Below, in pieces: positions 45,589-55,212 of a stretch of DNA of 64,000 nucleotides. Each line of letters begins with the position of its first letter. The first letter of the stretch is position 1. Source of the DNA: Thermoanaerobaculia bacterium (GTDB lineage Bacteria; Acidobacteriota; Thermoanaerobaculia; Gp7-AA8); NCBI GenBank assembly GCA_035569395.1, contig DATMNC010000063.1, positions 91,059-155,058 on the forward strand, given 5' to 3'. The notes below the pieces were generated by a model, which worked only from the letters and a program-made list of their open reading frames with translations, ran no database searches and was not told the DNA's origin. Position numbers and translations under genes: made by a program.

Positions 45589-46395
45589 ATGTCCGACCCA
45601 CTCAAGAAATACCGATCCATGCGCGACTTCGGCGTGACGCCGGAGCCTTCAGGAGGGAAGCCGAAGAAGAGCCGATTACCGATCTTCGTCATCCAGAAGC
45701 ATGCCGCAACCCGTCTTCACTACGACTTTCGCCTGGAGATGGAGGGCGTGCTGAAGTCGTGGGCAATCCCGAAGGGGCCGTCGTACGACCCCACGGTCAA
45801 ACGTCTGGCGATGATGACGGAAGACCATCCGTACGATTACGCCTCGTTCGAGGGCGTGATCCCAGCCGGCAACTACGGCGGCGGAAACGTCATCATCTGG
45901 GACAACGGCACCTGGGAGCTCACCGAGCCCGACGATCCGGTCGAGGGGATCAAATCGGGAAAGCTCGCCTTTCGGATGTACGGGAAGAAGATGTTCGGTG
46001 AATGGGCGCTGGTGAGGATCAAAGGCCGGCCGGGCAGCAAGGGAAACGAGTGGCTGCTGCTCAAACATCGCGACGAGTTCGCCAATGCGGACGTCGATGT
46101 GACGGAGGTGGCTCCCCGCTCGATCATCTCGGATAAGACCGTCGAAGAAATCGGCACCTCGAAACGAACGTGGCAAAGCAACCGGCCGGCACAATCATCG
46201 GCAGGGCATGCGCCGACATTGGCCAGCCGACTGGAAGCGGAAAAGGCGAAGAAAACTACGAAGAAGCGTCCGTCCGCTTCGCCAACGACCCGATCTGCTC
46301 GAGCGCCAAAGAAAGCAGCTTCCGCTCCGAGTCGAAGCTCGCGCGCCGGATCGCCTCCGGCAGCGCCACCCACTCGACGTCGTCCACCTCGCTGA
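45589..46395 (+). CDS. stand-alone LigD 3'-phosphoesterase (PE) domain protein
   Basis: LKKYRSMRDFGVTPEP...FVIQKHAATRLHYDFRLE..GVLKSWAIPKGPS...EDHPYDY..FEG.IP...YGGG are LigD PE motifs. The basic tail overlaps the convergent NUDIX gene by 140 nt. Confidence 0.85.
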   Translation: MSDPLKKYRSMRDFGVTPEPSGGKPKKSRLPIFVIQKHAATRLHYDFRLEMEGVLKSWAIPKGPSYDPTVKRLAMMTEDHPYDYASFEGVIPAGNYGGGNVIIWDNGTWELTEPDDPVEGIKSGKLAFRMYGKKMFGEWALVRIKGRPGSKGNEWLLLKHRDEFANADVDVTEVAPRSIISDKTVEEIGTSKRTWQSNRPAQSSAGHAPTLASRLEAEKAKKTTKKRPSASPTTRSARAPKKAASAPSRSSRAGSPPAAPPTRRRPPR

Positions 46396-46717
46396 GCTGC
46401 GGGGTCATCGTCCCGCCGGTGTAACGCATCAGGTAGAAGTCGACGCTCTTCTTGATCAGCATGTCGCCGGCGCGGAAAAAATACTCGATGGTGTCGAGGA
46501 GACCGATGATCTCGGCGTCGAGGCCCGTCTCCTCCCGCACCTCGCGCAAGGCGGCCTGCTCCGACGTCTCGCCTGGCGAGACCGCTCCTTTGGGCAGCCC
46601 CCATCGCGAACGGCCGCGCGTGGCGATCATGGCCACGAACGGCACGCCGTCGCGAAGATCGATGACCGCGCCGCCGGAGGAATGCTCATTGCGGGTTTTC
46701 CGGCGCGAGTCGGGCAT
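46256..46717 (-). CDS. NUDIX hydrolase
   Basis: Nudix box GLPKGAVSPGETSEQAALREVREETG. Confidence 0.85.
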   Translation of the reverse strand: MPDSRRKTRNEHSSGGAVIDLRDGVPFVAMIATRGRSRWGLPKGAVSPGETSEQAALREVREETGLDAEIIGLLDTIEYFFRAGDMLIKKSVDFYLMRYTGGTMTPQLSEVDDVEWVALPEAIRRASFDSERKLLSLALEQIGSLAKRTDASS

Positions 46718-46727
46718 TCAGTAGATT

Positions 46728-48074
46728 CTACGTTTTCATCACGGCCAGAGCCATCGCCGCGAGGAGAGCCCCCAGCAGAACGAGCATCGTCGTCGATAGC
46801 GCCGGAACGCTACTGAGAGGAGTACCGACCGCCGCGGACGCGGTCGCGGAGTTGTTCGAGCCGTTGGAGTCGGGCACGGAGGCGGTCACGGTGGCGGTGT
46901 TGTTGATCGCCGTTCCCGCCGTTGTAGCCGGATCCACGACGACATTGACAGTAAAGGTGGCAACGACCGAAGCGGCCAGCGAGGGGATCGAACAGGTGAT
47001 CGTGCCGTTGGTGCCCGGAGTTGGCGCCGTACAGGACCAGCCTCCGGGAGAAACGAGCGAGGCGAACCGTAGCGGCGCTGGAAGAACGTCGTTCATCGTC
47101 ACCCCCGCGGCGTCGCTCGGCCCGGAGTTCGTGACTATGATCGTGTACTGCTGCGAACTCCCTGGGAGGACCAGCCCCGGTGTGCGCGCTTTGGTGATGC
47201 CGAGGTCGAAGACGACCGCCGATTGAACGCTCGCGGTTGCAGAGTCGTTCGCGGCGATCGAGTCGTCCGGCGAGGAGACCGTGGCCGTCGCCGACAGCGT
47301 GGTGCCGGCGGCGAGCGATGACGGGACCTGCGAAACGACCGTGAATGTTGCCGATGCCCCGGAATTGATCGTCGACGTGAGTGAGCAGGTCACGCTGCCG
47401 TTGGCTCCGACAGACGGCGTGGCACACGACCAACCCGGAGGGCCGGCAACCGAGACAAAGGTCGTCGGTGGCGGCAGCGGAAGATCGGCCGAGGCATTGA
47501 TGCCGGTGCTCGGACCGTTGTTGGTCACCGTCATCGTCCACGTCAGATTCGTTCCCGCGTTCACCGGGTTCGGCGACGCCGAAAGCGCCATACCGAAATC
47601 GCTGGAGGGTTGGATGATCACGTCGACGGCGAACGTATTGTCGTTGCTGTCGGGATCGGGAGTGGTGCTGGAGACGGTGGCCGTCGTGCTGAATGTGCCC
47701 GAGGCGGTCGGGGGACTCGATGCGGTAATCGTGAATGCATCCGAGCCAGGCGGCAGCGTCGCGGCGGTGCAGGTGACGGTCGCTCCGACCGTGCCGGGGG
47801 CGATCGCGTTGCACGACCAGCCGGGGGGAACACTCTCCGATTGGAACGCGATGCCGGCGGGAAGGGGAAAACTGAGCGATGGGTTGGCCGCGTCATCAGG
47901 TCCTTCGTTGTTCACTTGGATGACGTAGTCGAAGTTCGTGCCAGCGGCCACCGGTTGTGGCTGCGTCACGGATACCTGGATGGAGGCGCTGGCCGTCTGG
48001 GCCGTCGCCGATTGCGGGGCAAGAAAAAACTGAGCGGCGAAAACGATCGTCGCGGCAGTGCTGCTTTTGAACAT
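46728..48074 (-). CDS. DUF11-repeat surface protein with IPTL-CTERM-like sorting tail
   Basis: True start MFKSSTAATIVFAAQFFLAP at 48074. Four repeats, each with a V.NNGP...A and a PPGWSC motif. The C-terminus VPALSTTMLVLLGALLAAMALAVMKT is a tripartite sorting-signal shape. The track ORF to 48755 runs across tRNA genes and is spurious. Confidence 0.8.
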   Translation of the reverse strand: MFKSSTAATIVFAAQFFLAPQSATAQTASASIQVSVTQPQPVAAGTNFDYVIQVNNEGPDDAANPSLSFPLPAGIAFQSESVPPGWSCNAIAPGTVGATVTCTAATLPPGSDAFTITASSPPTASGTFSTTATVSSTTPDPDSNDNTFAVDVIIQPSSDFGMALSASPNPVNAGTNLTWTMTVTNNGPSTGINASADLPLPPPTTFVSVAGPPGWSCATPSVGANGSVTCSLTSTINSGASATFTVVSQVPSSLAAGTTLSATATVSSPDDSIAANDSATASVQSAVVFDLGITKARTPGLVLPGSSQQYTIIVTNSGPSDAAGVTMNDVLPAPLRFASLVSPGGWSCTAPTPGTNGTITCSIPSLAASVVATFTVNVVVDPATTAGTAINNTATVTASVPDSNGSNNSATASAAVGTPLSSVPALSTTMLVLLGALLAAMALAVMKT

Positions 48075-48212
48075 CGGATTGGGTCTCCCTGGATGGACTT
48101 CGGACGGGACATTATTGTCCCGATGAACGTTTCCGGTGCAAAGACGTGACGTAACGGTGAAAAAGGCGTACGCTTTTTTCCGTCTCGAGAAGCGATTGAC
48201 AGGAGGTTCATC

Positions 48213-48635
48213 GTGCCTTCGCTTGAAATCATCACTGTCGTCGGGGTGGTCGTCCTGGTGGTCCTGATCTGGTTTTTCGTCCGGCTGCGCGGCAAAGATC
48301 ATGTCGAGGAGGTGTTGGCGAAGCATCGCGGCACGGCCCGCGCCTGCAGCCGTGCCTGTCTCCTCGAGGGGATGGAACAGATTCCGGTCGCGCTCGTGCT
48401 GACCGCCGACGCCATCTATTACGAGAACAGCGATCTGCAAGCATCGATCGAGCTGCCGCTGATCGAGGAGGTCGAATACGACGATGAGACGGCGACCGGA
48501 CACACGGTAGCCGGCAAGGTTCTGCGGCTCCGGGCGCACAATCACGTATTCGAGTTCACCCTCGATCTGGCGACGGCTAAGCAGTGGGAGGCAGCGCTGC
48601 CGGCCCGCCGTATCGATCGTGCCAAAGCGGTCTGA
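48213..48635 (+). CDS. membrane-anchored hypothetical protein
   Basis: GTG after AGGAGG. One N-terminal TM helix (IITVVGVVVLVVLIWFFV). Confidence 0.55.
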   Translation: MPSLEIITVVGVVVLVVLIWFFVRLRGKDHVEEVLAKHRGTARACSRACLLEGMEQIPVALVLTADAIYYENSDLQASIELPLIEEVEYDDETATGHTVAGKVLRLRAHNHVFEFTLDLATAKQWEAALPARRIDRAKAV

Positions 48636-48677
48636 CGGAATCACGTCCGGCGCGACCGCTGTTGTGTGAGATCCCGT

Positions 48678-48754
<77 letters not shown>

Positions 48755-48771
48755 ATTCTCTTCTCCAACAC

Positions 48772-48848
48772 GTCCTCGTAGCTCAGTCGGATAGAGCAAC
48801 AGCCTTCTAAGCTGTGGGTCGCAGGTTCGATCCCTGCCGGGGACGCCA
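48772..48848 (+). tRNA. tRNA-Arg (anticodon TCT)
   Basis: Acceptor gtcctcg/cggggac, anticodon arm acagc-ctTCTaa-gctgt, T-arm gcagg-ttcgatc-cctgc. CCA is encoded. Its 3' 33 nt are repeated at 55213. Confidence 0.9.
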
Positions 48849-48937
48849 ATCGAATCAAGCACTTAGGCGTGTTTGGACAGGGCTAAGAAGGCTCTCGTAC
48901 CAACTTCTGTACCAAAGTCGATGTCGAACATCGTCGA

Positions 48938-49339
48938 TCACGGAGCGTCTGAGGCAGCAACCGTCAAGGCCGCGCCAATCTTGTCGTGCCACAGCCTTGG
49001 GCGCCCGCCCGCGAGCCACGACTGCGTCTTGGTGTAGCCCGTGTAGCCCATGTGATCAGCTATCGCGACCGCTTCGCGTTCGTTCAGCGCGTAGATCTCG
49101 GTCTCCTTAGCGACGTTCCACACATATGCGTGGATTAAGTTCGGGAACTTCCCGTACTTTCTGCTGATCGAGAAAGCTCGGCCCAACGCGGCCTTCATCT
49201 GAATCGGGCAAGCGACGAAGGACGAGTCGAGATCGAGATACGCGGTGAGGTCGATACCGTGGTCGCGCGCCGGAACGCGTATCTGTTTACCGAGCCAGAT
49301 GAACGGTGGGGACGGCGGTGAACACTTCGCGAATATCAC
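48938..49339 (-). CDS. hypothetical protein (possible PD-(D/E)xK-like, weak)
   Basis: 133-aa ORF inside the island. DHGIDL....PIQMK is reminiscent of a nuclease-fold core, but the match is weak. GTG start uncertain. Confidence 0.35.
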   Translation of the reverse strand: MIFAKCSPPSPPFIWLGKQIRVPARDHGIDLTAYLDLDSSFVACPIQMKAALGRAFSISRKYGKFPNLIHAYVWNVAKETEIYALNEREAVAIADHMGYTGYTKTQSWLAGGRPRLWHDKIGAALTVAASDAP

Positions 49340-49513
49340 CTGATTTTGGAAGGCGAAATCTGATTTGCGGATCGCCAGCGCCGGCTCGTTCCGATTATTT
49401 CATCGACCGGGGTAGGGAAAACTGAACTGGCGTCACTCCTTAGAAGGGAATCCAAAGAATCCAGTTGCCCGGACGTTGCCATCCACTACGTCTGCGCAAC
49501 CAAAGGAGTATCC

Positions 49514-50500
49514 ATGGCCATAGTCAAGCGCCATCGTTGGGTGTATTTTATCCTTTTCGGAGTCATCTTTTGGGGGGCCATGACATCTTCGAGATGCCGG
49601 CGCGAAACACCGCACCCCTACACGGTGGGTCTCGTCACCTGGGTCGGTTACGGACCGATCTACATCGCCCAAGAAAAACATTTCTTTCGGGATGCAGGGC
49701 TGGATTTGATCGTCAGAATCCTCGACGATCCAGGCGCGCGCGAGGCCGCTTATCAGGCGGATCAATTGGATTTTTTTCCGAACACGCCTGATGCGTTCAC
49801 GATCTTCTTCTCATCACAACAGCCACATGGCAAAATCGTGGCGGCGCTTGATGAGTCGCAGGGTGCGGACGGCGTCGTCGCGAAGAAAGAGGTCGCAACA
49901 ATCGCCGACCTCCGAGGCAAACGCGTCGGGTTTCAAAAAGGAATCACGAGTCACTTCCTTCTCCTTTATCTTCTAAATAATGCGGGACTGACGGGCGCGG
50001 ATGTGCAACAGGTCGACCTCAGCGCGGGAGATGCTGGTGCGGCGTTCGCCGCCGGTCGGCTGGATGCGGCTGTCACTTGGGAACCATGGCTGACCGTTGC
50101 GCGAAAATCTCCAGATAGCAGAGTTCTCGCAACATCCCTCGATGCGCCCGGCCTGATCGTCGATTGTGTGCTCGCTTCTGATCGTGCGATGGGTAACAAC
50201 GGCGACGCTGTTAAACGCTTCATGTCAGCATGGTTCCGAGCGGTTGAATTCATGAAAACAAATCCTGGCGAATCACAGGCAATCATAGCGAGAAACTTCA
50301 AAATGCCTCCTGCTCAAGTGGGTGAAATGCTTACGACTACGAAGTTCCTAAGTCGGGAGCAAAGTATTACTTACCTTCAGCGCGACCTCTCGGGCGTATT
50401 CAACAACGCCACACGCCTTTATCTTTCTAACCACGTCATTCGGAAGCCTCCACAGGTTAGTAATGTGATCGACACCACGCCGCTGAAGGCAATCAAGTGA
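49514..50500 (+). CDS. ABC transporter substrate-binding protein (NitT/TauT, NMT1-like)
   Basis: AAGGAG RBS. VGLVTWVGYGPIYIAQEKHFFRDAGLDL resembles sulfonate/nitrate/taurine-type binding proteins. Confidence 0.75.
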   Translation: MAIVKRHRWVYFILFGVIFWGAMTSSRCRRETPHPYTVGLVTWVGYGPIYIAQEKHFFRDAGLDLIVRILDDPGAREAAYQADQLDFFPNTPDAFTIFFSSQQPHGKIVAALDESQGADGVVAKKEVATIADLRGKRVGFQKGITSHFLLLYLLNNAGLTGADVQQVDLSAGDAGAAFAAGRLDAAVTWEPWLTVARKSPDSRVLATSLDAPGLIVDCVLASDRAMGNNGDAVKRFMSAWFRAVEFMKTNPGESQAIIARNFKMPPAQVGEMLTTTKFLSREQSITYLQRDLSGVFNNATRLYLSNHVIRKPPQVSNVIDTTPLKAIK

Positions 50501-51276
50501 AGGCATCGAGACCGTGGCGGACATACACCAGTGCCAGCGTTTCAATACTGCTAGGAATAGCTGCTTGGTCGGCAATTGCTCAAACAATTGGAGTAGGGAA
50601 TGTTTTTTTGCCAACTCCATGGTCAAGCGTCTCAACCTTGATCAACCTTTGTGAGCGAGAGGGCTTTTGGCGCGATATCGTCTGGAGTACCACTCGGGTC
50701 ACATCCGGGGCCGTGGCTGGCCTGCTAGTGGCGACCCCGTTAGGGCTATTGATTGCGATGAATCGTACGGCGTCGTGGCTGATCGAGCCACTTATCAGAG
50801 CGTTGCGATTTGTGCCTCTTAGCGCCTTTATACCAATCTCGTTTCTGCTCATAGGAACGAACGAACCTCAGAAAATTGCCGTGCTCTTTACGACGTCATT
50901 CTTGTATATTCTCCCGACGACGATCGATGCTGCGCGCAATGTCGAGCGGAACTACGTGGACGTCGGCCGAATGTGCGGCCTCACTACAACGCAGCTAACA
51001 ACTAAGGTCATTTTGCCCCGTATTTCCCCCCGTGTTCTGGACTCCTTTCGGGCCGCTCTGAGTATCGCTTGGTCATACGTATTGGTGGTGGAGATTACGG
51101 GCGCCAGCATCGGAATTGGTCATACTATGTCACTCGGCCAGCGGTACATCCAGCCGGGCGTGGTCTTCGCCGGTGTGATCGCGGTGTCGACTTTAGGTAT
51201 CGTGTTTGATTACTCTCTCAGGGCTGCTAGCCAGTATCTTTTTGGATGGGAACAGACGTTAACAATGTCTGCGTGA
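50497..51276 (+). CDS. ABC transporter permease (NitT/TauT family)
   Basis: Six predicted TM segments with an EAA-like loop (IDAARNVERNYVDVGRMCGLT). The start overlaps the upstream stop. Confidence 0.8.
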   Translation: MKASRPWRTYTSASVSILLGIAAWSAIAQTIGVGNVFLPTPWSSVSTLINLCEREGFWRDIVWSTTRVTSGAVAGLLVATPLGLLIAMNRTASWLIEPLIRALRFVPLSAFIPISFLLIGTNEPQKIAVLFTTSFLYILPTTIDAARNVERNYVDVGRMCGLTTTQLTTKVILPRISPRVLDSFRAALSIAWSYVLVVEITGASIGIGHTMSLGQRYIQPGVVFAGVIAVSTLGIVFDYSLRAASQYLFGWEQTLTMSA

Positions 51277-51281
51277 TCTCA

Positions 51282-52094
51282 ATGCACGGAGTGATTGCAC
51301 TACAGGTAGAGGCGCTACGCAAATCCTTCCGGAGAAAGGTCCCGCACCGCTGGCGCTCGCGCTACCGCACTATCGACGTACTAGACAAATTGTCATTTGT
51401 ATTACCGATGTTTCGCATTGCTGCGATTCTGGGGCCGTCCGGTTGTGGAAAATCGACGCTCTTACGAATACTCGCCGGTTTAGAGACCTCGGATGGCGGT
51501 CACGTCGCGATTCCACAAGAGTTACGTACCGGCATCGTCTTTCAGGCCGACAACTGCTTACCTTGGCTAACAGTGGCTCAAAACGTCGGCTTTGGCATTC
51601 GTGGTAGTGATTCCCGACGCCGGGAGACAATCAGTCGAGCGCTAGAAGTTGTCGAGCTGTCGGACCGCGCGGAGAGTTGGACGACAGAGTTATCCGGCGG
51701 ACAGCGGCAGCGTGTAGCTTTCGCGCGACTTATCGCCGCGAATCAAACGCTGTGGCTTCTCGACGAGCCCTTTTCAGCTCTCGACGCAAGGAGCAGGAAA
51801 ATCATGCAGCGGGTCGTTCGCGACGGAGTACGTGCCCGTCGCCGCTCTGTCGTCCTGGTTACCCACGATATCGATGAAGCGCTGTCGCTAGCGGACGTGA
51901 TCATCCTGCTTTCGCGACCGCCCGCCCGTGTAGCTCTTACCGTTCGCAACTTAAGGGAGATACGCGCCGACCTTAGCGCGTACACGGTGTGCATGCAGTT
52001 CTTGCGCGACTGTCTGGGCGACACCACCCCACGGGATGCTCCGGCTCTGATCGCTCGTCACGTTGCATTTGAAAAGGATGCGAATGCCGCTTGA
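51282..52094 (+). CDS. ABC transporter ATP-binding protein
   Basis: Walker A GPSGCGKST, signature LSGGQRQRVAFAR, Walker B LWLLDEPFSALD. Confidence 0.88.
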   Translation: MHGVIALQVEALRKSFRRKVPHRWRSRYRTIDVLDKLSFVLPMFRIAAILGPSGCGKSTLLRILAGLETSDGGHVAIPQELRTGIVFQADNCLPWLTVAQNVGFGIRGSDSRRRETISRALEVVELSDRAESWTTELSGGQRQRVAFARLIAANQTLWLLDEPFSALDARSRKIMQRVVRDGVRARRRSVVLVTHDIDEALSLADVIILLSRPPARVALTVRNLREIRADLSAYTVCMQFLRDCLGDTTPRDAPALIARHVAFEKDANAA

Positions 52095-53049
52095 AGCGAC
52101 GGACGTTGTCTTCGGTTGCTTAGTCGCGAGTCTGGTGGCGCTATTGGTGCCCGGTCGCTCCGCGCCATGGTACGACCTCGACGCCCTACTCACCCAAAGT
52201 TTTCGCGTCGTGCGCAGAGCGATCGCGCCGGAGGCCGCCGTTGCGGACGCCGCCTTTGTTCGTTCGTCGGCAGAGCGCGCCCGATTCCTCAAGGGCGCCG
52301 TTTCTGGCATAGCGCTCATTCTTCTGCTTCCATTACATCACTGGACCGGCACGCAGTGGGCTGTTGACTGGCTGTGGTATGTTCCCGATTGGACGCGGCA
52401 TACGTCTGAAGGACTCTGGCCCGCCCTCGCGGAGTACCTCCACGAAGAGGAACATTATTGGCGCAATGCACCGTACCAACTGTGGGAAATCTGCGTCTTC
52501 GTATGGGCGATTCCCTTCCTGAGCGGCTCGGTGAGAGACGACTGCGTTGACTGGCTCTCTCAGGCGAAGATGGGTACCAAAAGCGCTTTGCGTTACTACA
52601 GAGTTGTAAGTGCAATATCGTGGACGGTCGCTGTAGTCGGGGCCGCAACTCTCGTCGTGCTGCAAAACCCATTCGTGAGGCTGTCCTTCGAACTTGGATT
52701 TGTGGCGGTGGTCATGCTGTTTGACCTTTGGTTCGCGTGGAAGTACTATGCGCTTAGACGACACTTGTCGGCCGTGCAATTTATGGAAATCGTATTTGTA
52801 ATTGACCTCCCGGCTGTTGTGGCCTTTACTGTGTTATTGTTATTCATGCGGTCAAGTTTTCTGGAGGACTTACCTTACCGATCGCATTGGTCGAGCCCGT
52901 TTGTCGCTGGCGCGTCGGCGCTTAATTTGATGTTCGCCAGTAGTGCTACGATAGTTTTGAAGACGATCCATGCTTATAGGCGCGCGGCGACGGACGCAAA
53001 TGTTGCGTCGAGAGAAACTGCCGGCGATGAGGTCGCGGTGACATCATGA
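52084..53049 (+). CDS. polytopic membrane protein, function unknown
   Basis: About 7 hydrophobic helices. Overlaps both neighbours. No recognisable family. Confidence 0.55.
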   Translation: MPLEATDVVFGCLVASLVALLVPGRSAPWYDLDALLTQSFRVVRRAIAPEAAVADAAFVRSSAERARFLKGAVSGIALILLLPLHHWTGTQWAVDWLWYVPDWTRHTSEGLWPALAEYLHEEEHYWRNAPYQLWEICVFVWAIPFLSGSVRDDCVDWLSQAKMGTKSALRYYRVVSAISWTVAVVGAATLVVLQNPFVRLSFELGFVAVVMLFDLWFAWKYYALRRHLSAVQFMEIVFVIDLPAVVAFTVLLLFMRSSFLEDLPYRSHWSSPFVAGASALNLMFASSATIVLKTIHAYRRAATDANVASRETAGDEVAVTS

Positions 53050-54236
53050 ACGGTGAGGCATATTGGCGCTCGATACGACGGGAATTTCGCCTTTCCGCCG
53101 ATTTGGTGCATCTTTCCGGTTTCTGGTTGTCGTCACATCCTCGGCGGGTTCGCGATCGTATCGAGCAACACCGACGTGGTCTAGATGAAAACCCCTACCT
53201 ATACGTTACGCGTAACGAAGAGTTCTTTGAAAATGAGATGTATACAGAACTCGAGCAATTGCTGAGCGCGGAACCGGGCGAAGTGGCAGTTACTGAAAGC
53301 ACAACGACCGGCTTAGGGTACGCTTTTAATGGCATGTCGTTGGAGCCTAACGCCGAAATTCTCACGACGCTACATGAACACTACTCATCGATTGCGTCGC
53401 TAGAGCTGCTGGCCCGGCGAACTGGTGCAAAACTAAACGCCGTTCAGTTATACGAAGATGGTGTTGATACCTCGACAGATGAGATCGTTGATCGATTAGT
53501 AAGCGCACTCACACCGGCAACTCGCTTAGTGGTGCTGACTCTGGTGCATTCCTGCACGGGGGTTGTTATTCCATTAACAGCCATAACTGCAGCAGTACGC
53601 GCGCGCTTGGGAAACTCTGTCATAGTCGCTGTTGACGCCACGCACGCAATAGGTGCGCTGCCGATCAATGTGCAAATGCTGGGATGCGATCTGCTGGCCG
53701 GAGGATGTCACAAGTGGCTTAACGGACCCCGCGGGACCGGTGTCATATGGGGTAAACTAAAGACTCTAGAAAGCATCGTAGAGACCATTCCGTCGTTTGC
53801 AGTTGGTTCGCTTGGTAGATTTACCGGACGGGCCGCGAACGTGCCTGTGACCACGGGCCAGCGTCTCTCGCCCGGTGGATTTCATTGCTTTGAGCACCGC
53901 TGGGCGATAGCGGAGGCGGTGAGGTTCATGACGGCAATCGGCATTGGAAATGTTTACGCCCGTATACAAGACCTGGCGGAGCGTTTGAAGGAGAGGCTCA
54001 GTGAGATCCGAAATGTGAGAGTTATTACGCCGATGGGACGGGAGAATTCTGCGGGAATTGTGTGTTTCGAGGTGGCCGGTATTGAGCCGGAGGAAACGAT
54101 GTCACAACTCCTTCGGAACGGAGTAGTTGCTAGCGTATCGCCATATCGGAGACGATATTGCCGGTTCACACCGTTTATTTTTAATCTTTTCGAGGACATT
54201 GAGCGAGCGGCGACTACAGTCGCCGCGATCGCGTAA
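53046..54236 (+). CDS. class V aminotransferase / cysteine-desulfurase-like PLP enzyme
   Basis: VDATHAIG and GGCHKWLNGPRGTGVIWG (PLP Lys in HK) are typical of the class V fold (isopenicillin-N-epimerase-like). Confidence 0.75.
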   Translation: MNGEAYWRSIRREFRLSADLVHLSGFWLSSHPRRVRDRIEQHRRGLDENPYLYVTRNEEFFENEMYTELEQLLSAEPGEVAVTESTTTGLGYAFNGMSLEPNAEILTTLHEHYSSIASLELLARRTGAKLNAVQLYEDGVDTSTDEIVDRLVSALTPATRLVVLTLVHSCTGVVIPLTAITAAVRARLGNSVIVAVDATHAIGALPINVQMLGCDLLAGGCHKWLNGPRGTGVIWGKLKTLESIVETIPSFAVGSLGRFTGRAANVPVTTGQRLSPGGFHCFEHRWAIAEAVRFMTAIGIGNVYARIQDLAERLKERLSEIRNVRVITPMGRENSAGIVCFEVAGIEPEETMSQLLRNGVVASVSPYRRRYCRFTPFIFNLFEDIERAATTVAAIA

Positions 54237-54364
54237 TCGTAGCGATACCTTGGTAATCGTAACAACCATGAGGAGGGCCGCAGATCTTTGCTCTTCGGTT
54301 ATTCGTGTGAGAATGTACGGAATTGACAGCGTGCTGAAGCCTTCGCCTCTACCCCAGACTGCTG

Positions 54365-55198
54365 AGTATTTGGCACCTTGAGGGGAGGTGACGCAGGTAG
54401 TTGTCGATGTCCCGAACGGACGCAGGGGAAACAGGAAGCGATGCAGTGAGGTGCTGCTTGCCCATCTTAGCCAGAGCGTTCGTCAGTCCAGATCGACAGA
54501 CATCAAGTCTGTTGGTTGGAGGCTACACCTAGACGGCGTGTGCATCGCCTCAATCGTGAACAAGCCGCTCGCGAAATCGATGTCGCAGCGCAGCTTCAGG
54601 ATCTCGCCGAATCGCATTCCCGTGTCCAGCGCTCAGATGATGATCGGGCGAAGGTGCTGGCGCCTCGGGTGCTCGCACGCGATCAACAAGCGAGTCTCGT
54701 CTTCGCGACTCAGGATCCTCGTCCTCTTCTTCTCATCAGCGACCGAGATGAGCGGATCGCCCGCGTGACGGATTTCGCTCGATCCACGCCTCGCGCTTCG
54801 TGATGTTGAGCATCCGCCGGAGCGTCGAGAAGAGCCCGTTCACGTAGGCGATCGATCTCTGATGGTCGTCGGCAGCTGGAGTCTTCAAGATCCTTCGCTT
54901 GAGGGCGACGATCTCGCCGTCGGTGATTGATCTGAGTTGCCGCACTCCGAACTGAAACAGCAACCTTCACGAATCCACGAGCGGTCTTCCATGCGCGCAT
55001 CCCTGCGACCTTCCGCTTGTCGATGTATTCGGCAGGGACTGCATTCGTTTGCTCGTAATGGTCAGCCAGCTCGACGAACGGCGCGATGACGACTGATCGA
55101 CTCCCTTGAGGTGTCCATTTGTACCTCATGTTGTACCAATCGGGTTGTCCGATACCGTACAACGCTGTCAGGCACAGAGTACACAGAAACCAATGCAA
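54365..55198 (-). pseudogene. decayed tyrosine recombinase (island integrase)
   Basis: Minus-strand fragments lie in three frames: MRYKWTPQGS...AEYIDKRKV; [53 protein letters not shown] (SAM-like N-domain); [48 protein letters not shown] (box I with an in-frame stop). The HxxR/Tyr region is missing. Confidence 0.75.
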
Positions 55199-55212
55199 AC
55201 AAATGACTGAAT

